This document shows, piece by piece, positions 11,192-20,741 of a stretch of 64,000 nucleotides of DNA. The stretch's first letter is position 1. Every line of letters begins with the position of its first letter. A model generated the notes under the pieces. That model saw only the letters and a list, made by a program, of their open reading frames with translations, had not been told where the DNA came from and ran no database searches. The position numbers and the translations under genes are program-made. Source of the stretch: Candidatus Fervidifonticultor secundus. GTDB lineage: Bacteria > Sysuimicrobiota > Sysuimicrobiia > Sysuimicrobiales > Humicultoraceae. The stretch lies in assembly GCA_031459385.1 (NCBI GenBank), contig JAVKIP010000001.1, positions 256,001 to 320,000 of the forward strand, given 5' to 3'.

Positions 11192-12133
11192 ATGAAGTAC
11201 CGTCGCCTGGGCTCGTCCGGGCTGCAGGTCTCCGTGATCGGCGTGGGGTGCAACAACTTCGGCCGCGCCTGCGATGCGGTCCAGACTGCGCGCGTCGTGC
11301 ACGCAGCCCTGGACCAGGGCATCAACTTCTTCGACACGGCCGAGATCTACGGCCAGACGAAGTCCGAAGAGTTCCTCGGACAGGCGCTGGAGGGCCGGCG
11401 CGACGGGGCAGTGATCGGCACAAAGGTCGGCTGGGAGATCGGCCCCCATCCCAACGAGGGGGGCGCGTCGCGGCGGCGCATCCTCCAGGCGATCGAGGGC
11501 AGCCTGCGGCGCCTGCGGACGGACTACGTGGACCTTTACCAGATCCACCACTGGGATCCGCACACGCCCCTCGAGGAGGTGCTGGCGACGCTGGATACGC
11601 TGGTGCGGCAGGGCAAGGTGCGCTACATCGGCTGCTCCAACTTCGCCGCCTGGCAGCTGGTCTGGTCGCTCTGGGTCAGCGACCGCCGGGGCTTTGCGCC
11701 CTTCGTCTCGGTGCAGCCCCACTACAGCCTGCTGCACCGGGAGCCGGAGCGCGAGCTGCTACCGGCCTGCCAGGCGTTCGGCGTGGGGGTGATCCCCTAC
11801 TTCCCGCTGGCGGGTGGAATGCTCACGGGCAAGTATCGCGAGGACGCCCCACCGCCACCCGGCACGCGGTTCGAGACCCTGGAGCGGATGCGCACGCGCT
11901 TCGCCACGCCGCGGAACTTTGCCGTCGTGCGGGCGCTGGAGGCCTGGGTGCGGCCGCGGGGGCGCGCGCTGGCAGAACTGGCCATCGCCTGGTTGCTGGC
12001 CCGCCCGGCGGTCTGCACCGTCATCACGGGCGCAACGAAACCCGAGCAGATCGAGGCCAATGCGCGGGCGGCCGACTGGGACCTCACGGCCGCGGAGGTC
12101 GAGGAGGTGGCGGCGCTGGCGCCCGCACCGTAG
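11192..12133 (+). CDS. Aldo/keto reductase
   Basis: FDTAEIYG, TK, DLYQIH, GKVRYIGCSN, PLAGGMLTGKY. Confidence 0.93.
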   Translation: MKYRRLGSSGLQVSVIGVGCNNFGRACDAVQTARVVHAALDQGINFFDTAEIYGQTKSEEFLGQALEGRRDGAVIGTKVGWEIGPHPNEGGASRRRILQAIEGSLRRLRTDYVDLYQIHHWDPHTPLEEVLATLDTLVRQGKVRYIGCSNFAAWQLVWSLWVSDRRGFAPFVSVQPHYSLLHREPERELLPACQAFGVGVIPYFPLAGGMLTGKYREDAPPPPGTRFETLERMRTRFATPRNFAVVRALEAWVRPRGRALAELAIAWLLARPAVCTVITGATKPEQIEANARAADWDLTAAEVEEVAALAPAP

Positions 12134-12168
12134 CGGCGGGCGCCAGCCCGGCAGCGGTTCCGGACCGG

Positions 12169-12348
12169 TCAGCGGGCCAGGAGCCCCAGCACGGGCAGGC
12201 CCAGCAGACCGTAGACGAGGATCAGGAAGATCCCCGCCACGAGTTCCTGCTCCTCCGGAACGCGGAGGGTGCGTAGGCTGTACCGGGTGAGGGAGAGGAC
12301 CGTCGCGATCGCGGCGGCGATCAGCAGCGGCAGCTTGAAGATCACCAT
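12169..12348 (-). CDS. Small two-TM membrane protein (59 aa)
   Basis: GGAGG RBS, two hydrophobic helices. Confidence 0.5.
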   Translation of the reverse strand: MVIFKLPLLIAAAIATVLSLTRYSLRTLRVPEEQELVAGIFLILVYGLLGLPVLGLLAR

Positions 12349-12503
12349 GGCGCCCTCCCGTCCAGCGGGGTACAGATGTCGGAAGTATACCACGGTACGG
12401 GAATGTGGCGCCCGCGCCGTGCAGGCCGGCACGCGTGCACATACGCCCGGAGAGGCTCCGTGCGTTCGCGCCGCGCGGACCGGCCTGGCGCAGCCGCAGT
12501 GTT

Positions 12504-12854
12504 CTAGCGGGCAGGCGCTTCCTTCGCCAGCACCCCGAACGCCAGCCAGGCGCTCAGAGCCAGCGCCGCGATGCCGCCGATCAGCGACGTCCACAGGACA
12601 GCCGGCGTGGCCGACAGCGCGAACACGAAGGGGAAGAGCACGAACCAGATGCCGGCCAGCCCGTTGACGTACTGCACCCACCGCTGCCGGCGGGCGTTCT
12701 CGTCGAGCGCGGCCCAGCCGCCCAGCACGAAGAGAATGGCTCCTCCGACGATACTCGTCCACATCGCCCCGGCCTGAGTGCTGTAGCCCACCACGAACGG
12801 GGCGATGACGAACCACAGACCGATGAGCGCGTTGACCGCGTTGGGCCACGTCAT
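12504..12854 (-). CDS. SPW repeat membrane protein
   Basis: Duplicated VNALIGLWFVIAPF / VNGLAGIWFVLFPF units; GGAGG RBS. Confidence 0.75.
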   Translation of the reverse strand: MTWPNAVNALIGLWFVIAPFVVGYSTQAGAMWTSIVGGAILFVLGGWAALDENARRQRWVQYVNGLAGIWFVLFPFVFALSATPAVLWTSLIGGIAALALSAWLAFGVLAKEAPAR

Positions 12855-12923
12855 CCGACCTCACCTCCTGTGCACGCGATTGAGGCTCCGCCGGCCGGTC
12901 CCGCGCGGCGTCCAGCTTGCGCT

Positions 12924-12967
12924 TCTATTGTAATACCAAGGACCATTGTCAAGTCTATACCTTGACA
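12924..12967. promoter_or_regulatory. AT-rich patch with inverted repeat TGTCAAG-N7-CTTGACA upstream of the SPW gene
   Basis: Arms at 12947-12953 and 12961-12967, each containing TTGACA on opposite strands. Confidence 0.45.
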
Positions 12968-13074
12968 GGTTCCACCCCTCCCGCGCCGGCGAGGCCCGCC
13001 CGCAGGGCGCCGGTCCCCGGGCGGCTCCGGGAGGCTGCGCCGCGACCTGCCCCCGCGGCGTGCACTCCTGGGCG

Positions 13075-14559
13075 TCAGGCCGGGCCCACGTACGTGCGGA
13101 TCGACTTCGTCTCCAGGTACGCCGCCAGCCCTTCCGCGCCCAGTTCCCGGCCGAGGCCGCTGTCCTTGACCCCGCCGAAAGGCGTCTCGGGCACCGAGAG
13201 CGGCTTGTAGTTCACCCAGACGATGCCGCTCTCGATGCCAGCCACGAACCGCTCGATGCGTTTCGCGCTCTCGGTCCACACCCCGGCACCCAGGCCGTAC
13301 GGGGTGCCGTTGCACGCCGCGATGGCCTCCTCCAGGGTGCCGACGCGCCGCACGGGCAGGACCGGCCCGAACACCTCCTCGGTCCACGCCCGGGCACCCT
13401 CGGGCACGTCGGCGAGCACCGTGGGTTCGAAGAAATGGCCCCGCTCCAGCCCCGCGCCGCTGGCGCGCCGACCGCCAGTCACCACGCGCGCGCCGGCGCC
13501 GAGGGCGTCGGCGACGACCTGTTCCATCTCGTCGCGGGCCCGGGCGGTGTGCAGCGGGCCCATGTCGGTCTGCGGGTCGAGCCCGTCGCCGAGACGCAGC
13601 CGCCGGGTCTCCTCGGCCAGCAGCGTCAGGAACCGGTCGTAGACCGCCTCGAAGACGAACAGCCGCTTCACCGACGTACAGGACTGGCCGCAGTTGCGGA
13701 ACCGGCCGGACCGCACGATCGTCTGGGCTGCCAGTGGCAGGTCGGCGTCGTCGCAGACCACGGTGGGGTCGCTGCCGCCCAGCTCGAGGGTGACGTGCTT
13801 GAGGTGCTCGGTGGCCATCTTGTAGACGTGCCTGCCCACCTGCGTTGAGCCGGTGAAGGCGATCTTGCGGATCGCCGGGTGCATCACGATCTCGTCACCC
13901 ACAGTGGCCGCGGGACCGGTGACGCACGACGCGATCCCGGCGGGTATGCCGGCCTCCTGCAGGAGCGCCGTCAGGCGCAGGTCGACCAGGGGCGTCGTGG
14001 CCGCGGGCTTGACGATCACGGCGTTCCCGGCCATGAGGGCCGGCGCGACCTTCCAGGCGTAGAGCGAGACCGGGAAGTTGAAGGGCAGGATCGCGGCGCA
14101 GACGCCGATGGGCTCCTTGCGGGTCTCGACCTTGACGATGCTGTCGCCGTCGCGGACGTACTTCACCTCGCCGGCGATCTTGCCGCCGTAGCCGGCATAG
14201 TACTCGAAGGTGTTGATGAGGCTGTCGAGTTCCGCGATAGACTCGCGGTAGATTTTCCCCTGCTCGCGGGTGAGCAGGCGCGCCAGGGCATCCTTGTGCT
14301 GCTCGACCAGTTCGCAGAAGCGCAGCAGCACCCGGCCGCGCCGGCGGGATTCGTGGGCGCGGGACCACCACGACGTCTCCAGGGCCGCGCGCGCGGCCTC
14401 GGCGGCGCGGCGGACGTCCTGGCGGTCGCCCCGCGGTGCCCACCCGACGATCTCGTCGGTGTCCGCAGGGTTGCGCACCTCGAACACCTCGCCGCTGGCG
14501 GCCTGGACCTCGCGGCCGTCGATGATCATGTCGTAGCGCTGCGGCGCGGTCGCGCGCAT
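13075..14559 (-). CDS. NAD(P)-dependent aldehyde dehydrogenase
   Basis: PFNFP, FTGS, LELGG, GQSC, EEVFGP, PFGG. Confidence 0.92.
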   Translation of the reverse strand: MRATAPQRYDMIIDGREVQAASGEVFEVRNPADTDEIVGWAPRGDRQDVRRAAEAARAALETSWWSRAHESRRRGRVLLRFCELVEQHKDALARLLTREQGKIYRESIAELDSLINTFEYYAGYGGKIAGEVKYVRDGDSIVKVETRKEPIGVCAAILPFNFPVSLYAWKVAPALMAGNAVIVKPAATTPLVDLRLTALLQEAGIPAGIASCVTGPAATVGDEIVMHPAIRKIAFTGSTQVGRHVYKMATEHLKHVTLELGGSDPTVVCDDADLPLAAQTIVRSGRFRNCGQSCTSVKRLFVFEAVYDRFLTLLAEETRRLRLGDGLDPQTDMGPLHTARARDEMEQVVADALGAGARVVTGGRRASGAGLERGHFFEPTVLADVPEGARAWTEEVFGPVLPVRRVGTLEEAIAACNGTPYGLGAGVWTESAKRIERFVAGIESGIVWVNYKPLSVPETPFGGVKDSGLGRELGAEGLAAYLETKSIRTYVGPA

Positions 14560-14663
14560 CGATCGTCCCCCCGGAGAGCGAGCGTCTTGGTCTCGATGGT
14601 AGCGGAGCGGCGGTGCCGTGTCGAGCAAGTGCTGCGGCCGCGACCGTCGAACCTCCCCAAGGG

Positions 14664-15923
14664 ATGCAGGTGGCAGTGATCGCCGACGACTTGACCGGGG
14701 CGTGCGCCACCGGTGCCCTCCTGGTGCCACTGGGCCGCGTGCAGGTCATCTGGGACGTCTCCCCGTCCTGGCTGCGGGCCGTGGGCAGGAGCGCGCCGGA
14801 GGCGCTCGTCGTCTGCACCGACTCGCGGCCCGCGCCGCCTGACGTCGCCGCGGGCCGCACGGTGGCCGCCGCGACCGCCCTGCGGGCGCTGGGCGCGGCG
14901 CTGGTGGCCAAACGCATCGACTCGACGCTGCGTGGGTGGATCGGGCAGGAACTGCGGGCGCTCCTCGAAGTGCTGCCAGGCCGCGCGGTCGTGGTGGCGG
15001 CCGCGCCCGCTGCGGGGCGCACGGTCACAGGCGGTGTGGTCCACGTGCACGGCGTGCCGCTCGATCGCGCCGAAGGCGTCCGCGGGCCCGATGGCCCCGC
15101 GCGCGCCCACGTCCCCACGCTGGTGGCGGCCCAGGCCGAGATGGACGTCGCCCACGTGCCGCTCGAGACGGTCCGCCAGGGTGGGCAGGCCGTGCGCGCC
15201 GTGCTCGAGGCGTTCCACGGCCGTATCGTCGTGGCCGACGCCGAGACCGACGCCGACCTGGCGCGCATCGCCCGCGCCTGCGACGGGCTGCCGGTCATCC
15301 CCACCGATCCGGGACCGTTCACCGCAGCCGTGGCGCGCCGCCGCGCTGCGGGCGCGGGCCCGCCAGGCGGTGGAGGCCATGGCCTCGTGCGCCCCACGGC
15401 CGTGCGGGTCCTGGTGCTGGCGGGGAGTCCCACGGCCCTGGTGGCGCGCCAGGTGGATGCGCTGGCGCGAGAGACGGGCACGGACGTCGTCCGGCTGGAT
15501 CCGGCGCGCGCGGCCGACCCCGCGCACCGTGCCGACCTGGCCGACCGGGCCCGCGGCCTGCTGGACCGCGCGGCGGTGGCCGTCGTCCATGCCAGCGCGG
15601 GCGACCACCCTGCTGCGCCCGGGCGTGCTGTGGCCGGTGCGCTCGGCGAGGTCGCCGCCCGCGTGCTGGAGGCCACGGCCCCGGGCCTGGGGCTGGTCGC
15701 CACCGGGGGCGACGTGGCGCTCGCGGTCTGCCGCGCGCTCGGCGCGAGCGCCATCGAGGTGCTGGGCGAGGTGCTCCCGTTGTGCGCGGCCGGGCGCCTC
15801 CTGTATGGTCGCCATGAGGGCACGCCGATCGTCACCAAGGGCGGGATGGTCGGCGCCGACGACGCGCTGGTGCGCGCTTGGCGCGCGCTCCGGGAAGGGT
15901 GGGTCCCTGCGTGGAGCCCGTGA
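14664..15923 (+). CDS. Four-carbon acid sugar kinase (DtnK/DUF1537 family)
   Basis: IADDLTGA, KRIDSTLRG, TGGDVA, VTKGG; adjacent to pdxA-like gene. Confidence 0.88.
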   Translation: MQVAVIADDLTGACATGALLVPLGRVQVIWDVSPSWLRAVGRSAPEALVVCTDSRPAPPDVAAGRTVAAATALRALGAALVAKRIDSTLRGWIGQELRALLEVLPGRAVVVAAAPAAGRTVTGGVVHVHGVPLDRAEGVRGPDGPARAHVPTLVAAQAEMDVAHVPLETVRQGGQAVRAVLEAFHGRIVVADAETDADLARIARACDGLPVIPTDPGPFTAAVARRRAAGAGPPGGGGHGLVRPTAVRVLVLAGSPTALVARQVDALARETGTDVVRLDPARAADPAHRADLADRARGLLDRAAVAVVHASAGDHPAAPGRAVAGALGEVAARVLEATAPGLGLVATGGDVALAVCRALGASAIEVLGEVLPLCAAGRLLYGRHEGTPIVTKGGMVGADDALVRAWRALREGWVPAWSP

Positions 15924-16897
15924 TCGGCGTGACGATGGGCGATCCGGCCGGCATCGGGCCGGAGATCGTGGCGAAAGCCGCCGTGCGGCCGGACGTGTTG
16001 GCGCACGCGCGCCCCCTGATCGTCGGCAGCGCCGCGCACCTGGCGCGGACCGTCGCCGCGCTGGGCCTGCGCGCCGACGTGGCAGTCGCCGGTGCGCCCG
16101 GGCCGGGGCGCATCGTCGTGCACGACGTGGCCATCCCGGCCCTCGACGGGCTGCGCATGGGCGTCGTGCAGGCCACGGCGGGCCGGGCGGCGGCCGCCTA
16201 TGTGGAGGCCGCGGTGCGCCTGGCGCTGGACGGTCGCGTCGCGGCCGTGGCGACGGCTCCCCTGCACAAGGAGGCGCTGTGGGCTGCGGGCTACCCGTAT
16301 CCCGGGCACACCGAGATGCTGGAAGCCCTGACGCAGAGCCCCTACAGCCTGACGATGTTCCAGGTACGGGGACTGCGCATCTTCTTCCTCACCCGCCACC
16401 TGGCGCTGCGCGAGGCGATCGCGCAGATCACGGCCGACCGCACGGTGCAGATGCTGGAGCGGATGCAGAACGCGCTGGCCCGCCTGGGAATGCCGCAGCC
16501 GCGGATCGCCGTGGCCGCGCTGAATCCCCACGCCGGGGAGGGCGGGCACCTGGGCACCGAAGAGCGCGAGCACTTAGGCCCGGCCGTTGCCGAGGCGCGG
16601 CGTCGCGGGCTGGATGTCACCGGGCCCGTGCCGGCCGATACCGTGTTCGCCCAGGCCCTCGAGGGACGCTACGACGCGGTGCTCGCGCTCTACCACGACC
16701 AGGGGCACATCGCCGCCAAGACCCTGGACTTCCACGGCACGGTGAGCGTGACCCTGGGCCTGCCCTTCATTCGCACGTCGGTCGACCACGGCACGGCGTT
16801 CGATATCGCGGGCAAGGGCGTCGCGCGCGAGGACAGCATGGCCGCAGCGATCGTGGCGGCGGCCCGGCTCGCGCGTGCGGGCGTGGTCGCCCGCTAG
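15911..16897 (+). CDS. pdxA: PdxA2-type D-threonate/erythronate-4-phosphate dehydrogenase
   Basis: MGDPAGIGPE, GHTE, LNPHAGE, YHDQG, RTSVDHGTAFDIAG. Confidence 0.9.
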   Translation: MEPVIGVTMGDPAGIGPEIVAKAAVRPDVLAHARPLIVGSAAHLARTVAALGLRADVAVAGAPGPGRIVVHDVAIPALDGLRMGVVQATAGRAAAAYVEAAVRLALDGRVAAVATAPLHKEALWAAGYPYPGHTEMLEALTQSPYSLTMFQVRGLRIFFLTRHLALREAIAQITADRTVQMLERMQNALARLGMPQPRIAVAALNPHAGEGGHLGTEEREHLGPAVAEARRRGLDVTGPVPADTVFAQALEGRYDAVLALYHDQGHIAAKTLDFHGTVSVTLGLPFIRTSVDHGTAFDIAGKGVAREDSMAAAIVAAARLARAGVVAR

Positions 16898-16982
16898 CGC
16901 TAAGGGGAAGGCCAGACGCCGTCGCTTTCACCAGCGGCCGCCGCTTCGACCAGCGGCCATCACGCATACCGGCGATCCCCGC

Positions 16983-17522
16983 TCACACCGGCGGCGCGTC
17001 GGCCCCTAGCCGCCGCATCACGCCTTCCACGAACGCGGCACGCTGCGGGTCGAGGCGCACGAGGTCGCTGCGGGCGTGGTCGACCGGCACCGCGCTGGCT
17101 GTGGCGGTCCACCACGCTTCGAAGTCCTGCGCCCACCCTTCCTCCGGCCGCTCGGCGCTGTACGCGTCCAGCAGCCGGCCGGCGTGCCGGGCGGCCTCCC
17201 ACAGCGGGAAGTACCCCTGCCAGCGCTCCTGCGGCGTCAGCAGCAGGTACCACACGGCGTGGCCGAGCTCGTGCAGGTCGCCGCGGTACGTGCCGTACCC
17301 TGCGTGGCGGCCGGCCGCGATCGCCTCGGTCATGGCCAGCACGCGCCCGGGCGGGAAGTAGAACGCCGGGCCGGACCAGATCGCCGGGTTGGCGCCGTCC
17401 ACGCGGACGTCGTCACCGCGCTGGACGCTCACGGTCATCCCCTGCGCCAGGCACGCGTCCACCAGCGGCCGCAGCGGCTGCCAGCGGTGCCGCAGCGCCT
17501 CGGGCAGGTCGTCCCAGGTCAT
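16983..17522 (-). CDS. Small zinc metallopeptidase-like protein (ATLF/MtfA-like)
   Basis: LHELGH, then YSAERPEEGWAQDF and DP..AAF pattern. Confidence 0.55.
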   Translation of the reverse strand: MTWDDLPEALRHRWQPLRPLVDACLAQGMTVSVQRGDDVRVDGANPAIWSGPAFYFPPGRVLAMTEAIAAGRHAGYGTYRGDLHELGHAVWYLLLTPQERWQGYFPLWEAARHAGRLLDAYSAERPEEGWAQDFEAWWTATASAVPVDHARSDLVRLDPQRAAFVEGVMRRLGADAPPV

Positions 17523-17551
17523 GCGCGGCGCCGGGCCGCGGCGGGGCGCGG

Positions 17552-18037
17552 TCAGATCAGCCAGGGCAGCAGCCGCCTCGTGCGGGCGCGGTAGGCAGCG
17601 TACTCGGGGAAGCGCTCGAGGAGCCAGTGCTCTTCCCTGCGCGCCTTCGCGTCCAGGTAGAGCGCCAGCGCGGCAGCCAGCGTCAGGTGGACGCCGCTGG
17701 CGCGCCACAGCGCCCATCCGGCCGCGGCCACGATGAGGCCTCCGTAGATGGGGTGCCGCGTGCGGGCGTACGTCCCGGTTTGGACCAGCACGGCCCGACG
17801 CCGTGGCCGGGGGAAGGGGCTCAGGCTCGGGCCGAGGTCGTGGACCGCCCGCGCCGCGTAGGCCAGCCCGACGACGACCAGCAGGGCGCCGGCGACGGCC
17901 AGCACATCCCGCACCGGCCCGCTCCACGTCCACCCGGGGCGCGCCAGCACCACGGCCAGCACGAGCGCCCCCTGGCCAGCGACCCACCACTCGCCGCGGG
18001 TGCCTTTCCACCACGGCCGGTGCTCTGACGTGCTCAT
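17552..18037 (-). CDS. Isoprenylcysteine carboxyl methyltransferase/PEMT family membrane protein
   Basis: [25 protein letters not shown]. Confidence 0.85.
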   Translation of the reverse strand: MSTSEHRPWWKGTRGEWWVAGQGALVLAVVLARPGWTWSGPVRDVLAVAGALLVVVGLAYAARAVHDLGPSLSPFPRPRRRAVLVQTGTYARTRHPIYGGLIVAAAGWALWRASGVHLTLAAALALYLDAKARREEHWLLERFPEYAAYRARTRRLLPWLI

Positions 18038-18249
18038 GCGGGTGCGCATACGCCGACCGGCCTCCCGGCGTGGGATTCGCCGCGCCGGGAGCAGTTCCCA
18101 CCGGGTACCGCCCGCCATGCCAGCCCCCCGCGTCACAGACCGGGCCCGCGGCCCCGGGGGTGCCGGCGGGGACGGTGCGGCGTGGCCGCGAACTGCCCCA
18201 GGGACCTGCGCGCCCGCAGACCGGCCGCGCGGTCCGCGGGGAGGATGCG

Positions 18250-18669
18250 ATGAGACGGCAGAACATCAGCAGCGACGCGCCCTGGGAAGCCCTGGTCGGC
18301 TACTCGCGCGCGGTGCGCGTCGGAGACGCCGTGTACGTCTCGGGCACCACGGCGACCGGGCCGGGCGGGACCCTCGTGGGGGGCGACGACGCGTACACGC
18401 AGACCATGCAGGCGCTGCACAACATCGACGTAGCCCTGCGCGCGGCCGGCGCGACGCTGCGCGACGTGGTGCGCACGCGGATCTACGTCACCGACATCGC
18501 GCGCTGGCCAGAGGTGGGCCGGGCGCACGCGGAGGTGTTCGGCGACGTGCGCCCGGCCACGAGCATGGTCGAGGTGCGCCGGCTGATCGCCCCCGAGATG
18601 CTGGTCGAGGTCGAGGCGGATGCGGTTCTGGGCGCCGGCGGTGCGCTGCCCGGCGCGCCGGCGCGCTGA
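18250..18669 (+). CDS. RidA/YjgF family protein
   Basis: [30 protein letters not shown]. Confidence 0.9.
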   Translation: MRRQNISSDAPWEALVGYSRAVRVGDAVYVSGTTATGPGGTLVGGDDAYTQTMQALHNIDVALRAAGATLRDVVRTRIYVTDIARWPEVGRAHAEVFGDVRPATSMVEVRRLIAPEMLVEVEADAVLGAGGALPGAPAR

Positions 18670-18674
18670 GCGCC

Positions 18675-19376
18675 GTGGCACCCGTGCGGCCGCTGCACAC
18701 GACCTTCGATATCAAGGTGCAGTGGCGCGTTGCCGCCGACGGCGCGGCGGTGCAGCGGCGTCTGCCCGCGCCGTGGCGGCCGGCGCCTGCGGCCGGCGGT
18801 CCGCACGCCGGCGCCAACCTGCTCCTGGTCTTCTCCGAGGTCCTGCTCCGCCTGGACCATGACGGCCGGCCGGCACCGGCCGCGCAGGGGTGCCACCTGG
18901 CGGTCCTGGCTCCCGCCGCGCACCCGGGGGGCGAGCGCGCGACGTTCCTGCTGGCGATGTGGACCGCGCACCCGCAGGGTGTCCCGGGGCCCCTGGGGCT
19001 GGCGCAGCCCGCGGCCGTGCGGCACGAGCAGGCGCTGCAGGCCGGAGCGCCCGACGCCACGTGCGAGGAGCGCTACGAGGTGACGCCGCAGGCCGGCGGG
19101 AGCGTGCGCCTGGCGGTGCGCTACCGCCGCGGCCTGCCCCAGCACGTTACCTGGCCGACCGTGCTGCGGTCGGCCGTCGCGCCCGAGGTCGCGCGCCGGT
19201 ACGAGAACGAGGCCCTGCTGGACGTCGTGCGCAGCGAACCCGCAGGCATCGACCGCGTCGAGGCGTTCCACGTCGCCGCGGACGTGGCCGCCCTGGCAGA
19301 CCTGCTGGACGGACGCCAGCGTCTGATCAGCGTTACGGCCGTGCCCTGGTTCGTGCGGCGCGAATACGCGCGCTGA
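18675..19376 (+). CDS. Hypothetical protein, possibly acetoacetate-decarboxylase-like fold
   Basis: Fills the gap after ridA with typical GC3 codons; AVQRRLPAPWRP...ANLLLVF; start uncertain. Confidence 0.45.
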   Translation: MAPVRPLHTTFDIKVQWRVAADGAAVQRRLPAPWRPAPAAGGPHAGANLLLVFSEVLLRLDHDGRPAPAAQGCHLAVLAPAAHPGGERATFLLAMWTAHPQGVPGPLGLAQPAAVRHEQALQAGAPDATCEERYEVTPQAGGSVRLAVRYRRGLPQHVTWPTVLRSAVAPEVARRYENEALLDVVRSEPAGIDRVEAFHVAADVAALADLLDGRQRLISVTAVPWFVRREYAR

Positions 19377-19459
19377 GCGGTCCGTGCTGGTCGGCGCGGG
19401 CCCGGGGTCCGCACCGACCCTGGTGGCGCCGATCCCGCGCGCCCGGCTGCGGCGGCGGG

Positions 19460-20365
19460 CTACCGGTGCGGCGCGGGCCAGCGCGCCAGCGCCACCCCGG
19501 CCAGGATTACCACCGCGCCTGCCAGCTGCTGCAGCCCGAACGACTCGCGCAGCCCCAGCACCGCGGCGACGACGCCGACCACCGGCATCAGGTAGCTGTA
19601 GGCGGTCGCCCGCGTGGGGCCCAGCCGGCGGATGCCCTCGTACCAGCACAGGTAGCCCAGCGTGCCGGCGCCCAGCGCCGCGTAGAGCAGCGCGCTCCAG
19701 GCCGCGGGCGAGAGGGCCCACGACTGGCGGGCGAGCTCTGGCGCGCCGGCGAGCAGCAGCAGCACCGTGCCCGCGCTCATCGAGACCGCCATCACCGTCA
19801 GCGTGCTGTAGCGCCGGTACAGGGGAAAGATCATCACGGGCGTCACGCCGTACGACCACGCCGCCAGCAGGGTGAGCAGGTCGCCCCGCAGGTGGAGCCG
19901 CGAGAGGTGACCGCTGGCGTCCACCAGGACCGCCACCCCGAGCGCGGCCAGGCCGATGCCGGCCACCTGGCGCCCGGTGAGGCGCTCTGCGCCGGTGGCC
20001 CATACCAGCAGCGTCGTGATCACCGGCGAGGTGTTGATGATGAGCACCGAGTTGCTGGCGGTGGTGTCCTTCAGCCCCAGGCCGAAGAAGATCTGGTAGA
20101 GGCCCACGTGGCACAGGCCGACCACCACGGTCCGCGGGACGTCGCCGCGCGCCACGCGCAGCGGCTGGCGCAGCGCCGCCACCACCAGCGCCAGGGCCGC
20201 CGAGGCCAGCACGAACCGCACCGCGGCGAAGGCCAGCGGGGTCAGCTCGTCGTAGGCCGACTTGATGACGGCGAACGACGCGCCCCAGAGGACGACCGTG
20301 GTGAGGGCGAAGACGTCGCCGAGGCCGAACGGCCGGCCGGTGCGCGCTGGTGCGGCTGGCGCCAT
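19460..20365 (-). CDS. DMT/EamA family transporter
   Basis: LWGASF, about 10 TM helices in two EamA repeats. Confidence 0.9.
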   Translation of the reverse strand: MAPAAPARTGRPFGLGDVFALTTVVLWGASFAVIKSAYDELTPLAFAAVRFVLASAALALVVAALRQPLRVARGDVPRTVVVGLCHVGLYQIFFGLGLKDTTASNSVLIINTSPVITTLLVWATGAERLTGRQVAGIGLAALGVAVLVDASGHLSRLHLRGDLLTLLAAWSYGVTPVMIFPLYRRYSTLTVMAVSMSAGTVLLLLAGAPELARQSWALSPAAWSALLYAALGAGTLGYLCWYEGIRRLGPTRATAYSYLMPVVGVVAAVLGLRESFGLQQLAGAVVILAGVALARWPAPHR

Positions 20366-20368
20366 GCG

Positions 20369-20731
20369 TCAGCCCTTGAGCGCCCCGGCCAGCAGGCCCC
20401 GCACGAAGTACCGTCCGAGCACCGGGAGCACCTCGCCGAACGCCTTGAGGCCGTTGTTCACCAGCACGTACACGGGCAGCAGGTACAGTGCCGTGAACCC
20501 CGCCAGCACCAGGTAGAGCACCGCCCGCCCCAGCCGCGCGCTACGCCGCAGGTCTCGATGAGCTCGGGCCGCCGTGGACCTGGAAGCTGTCGGGGGATCG
20601 CCCCCCTGCATGCGCGACTTCAGCACTGCCTTGGCGTTGGTGCCCGCGCCCCCGGCCACGGTGGCGTTGATGATCTCCACCCTGGGGTGCCGCTTCCTGT
20701 AGACCTCGAACATGGCGGCCAGGCCGTCGGT
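20369..20731 (-). pseudogene. Collapsed remnant of a sugar ABC operon (binding-protein piece fused to permease N- and C-termini)
   Basis: [25 protein letters not shown], frameshifted DSFQVHGG and ELIET, then [15 protein letters not shown] joined directly to [15 protein letters not shown]. Confidence 0.75.
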
Positions 20732-20741
20732 CGCAGGGGTG

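Noticed and set aside
14664..16897. Vitamin B6 biosynthesis from pdxA
   Set aside because: Pairing with a DUF1537 kinase indicates the known four-carbon acid sugar catabolic PdxA2 module.
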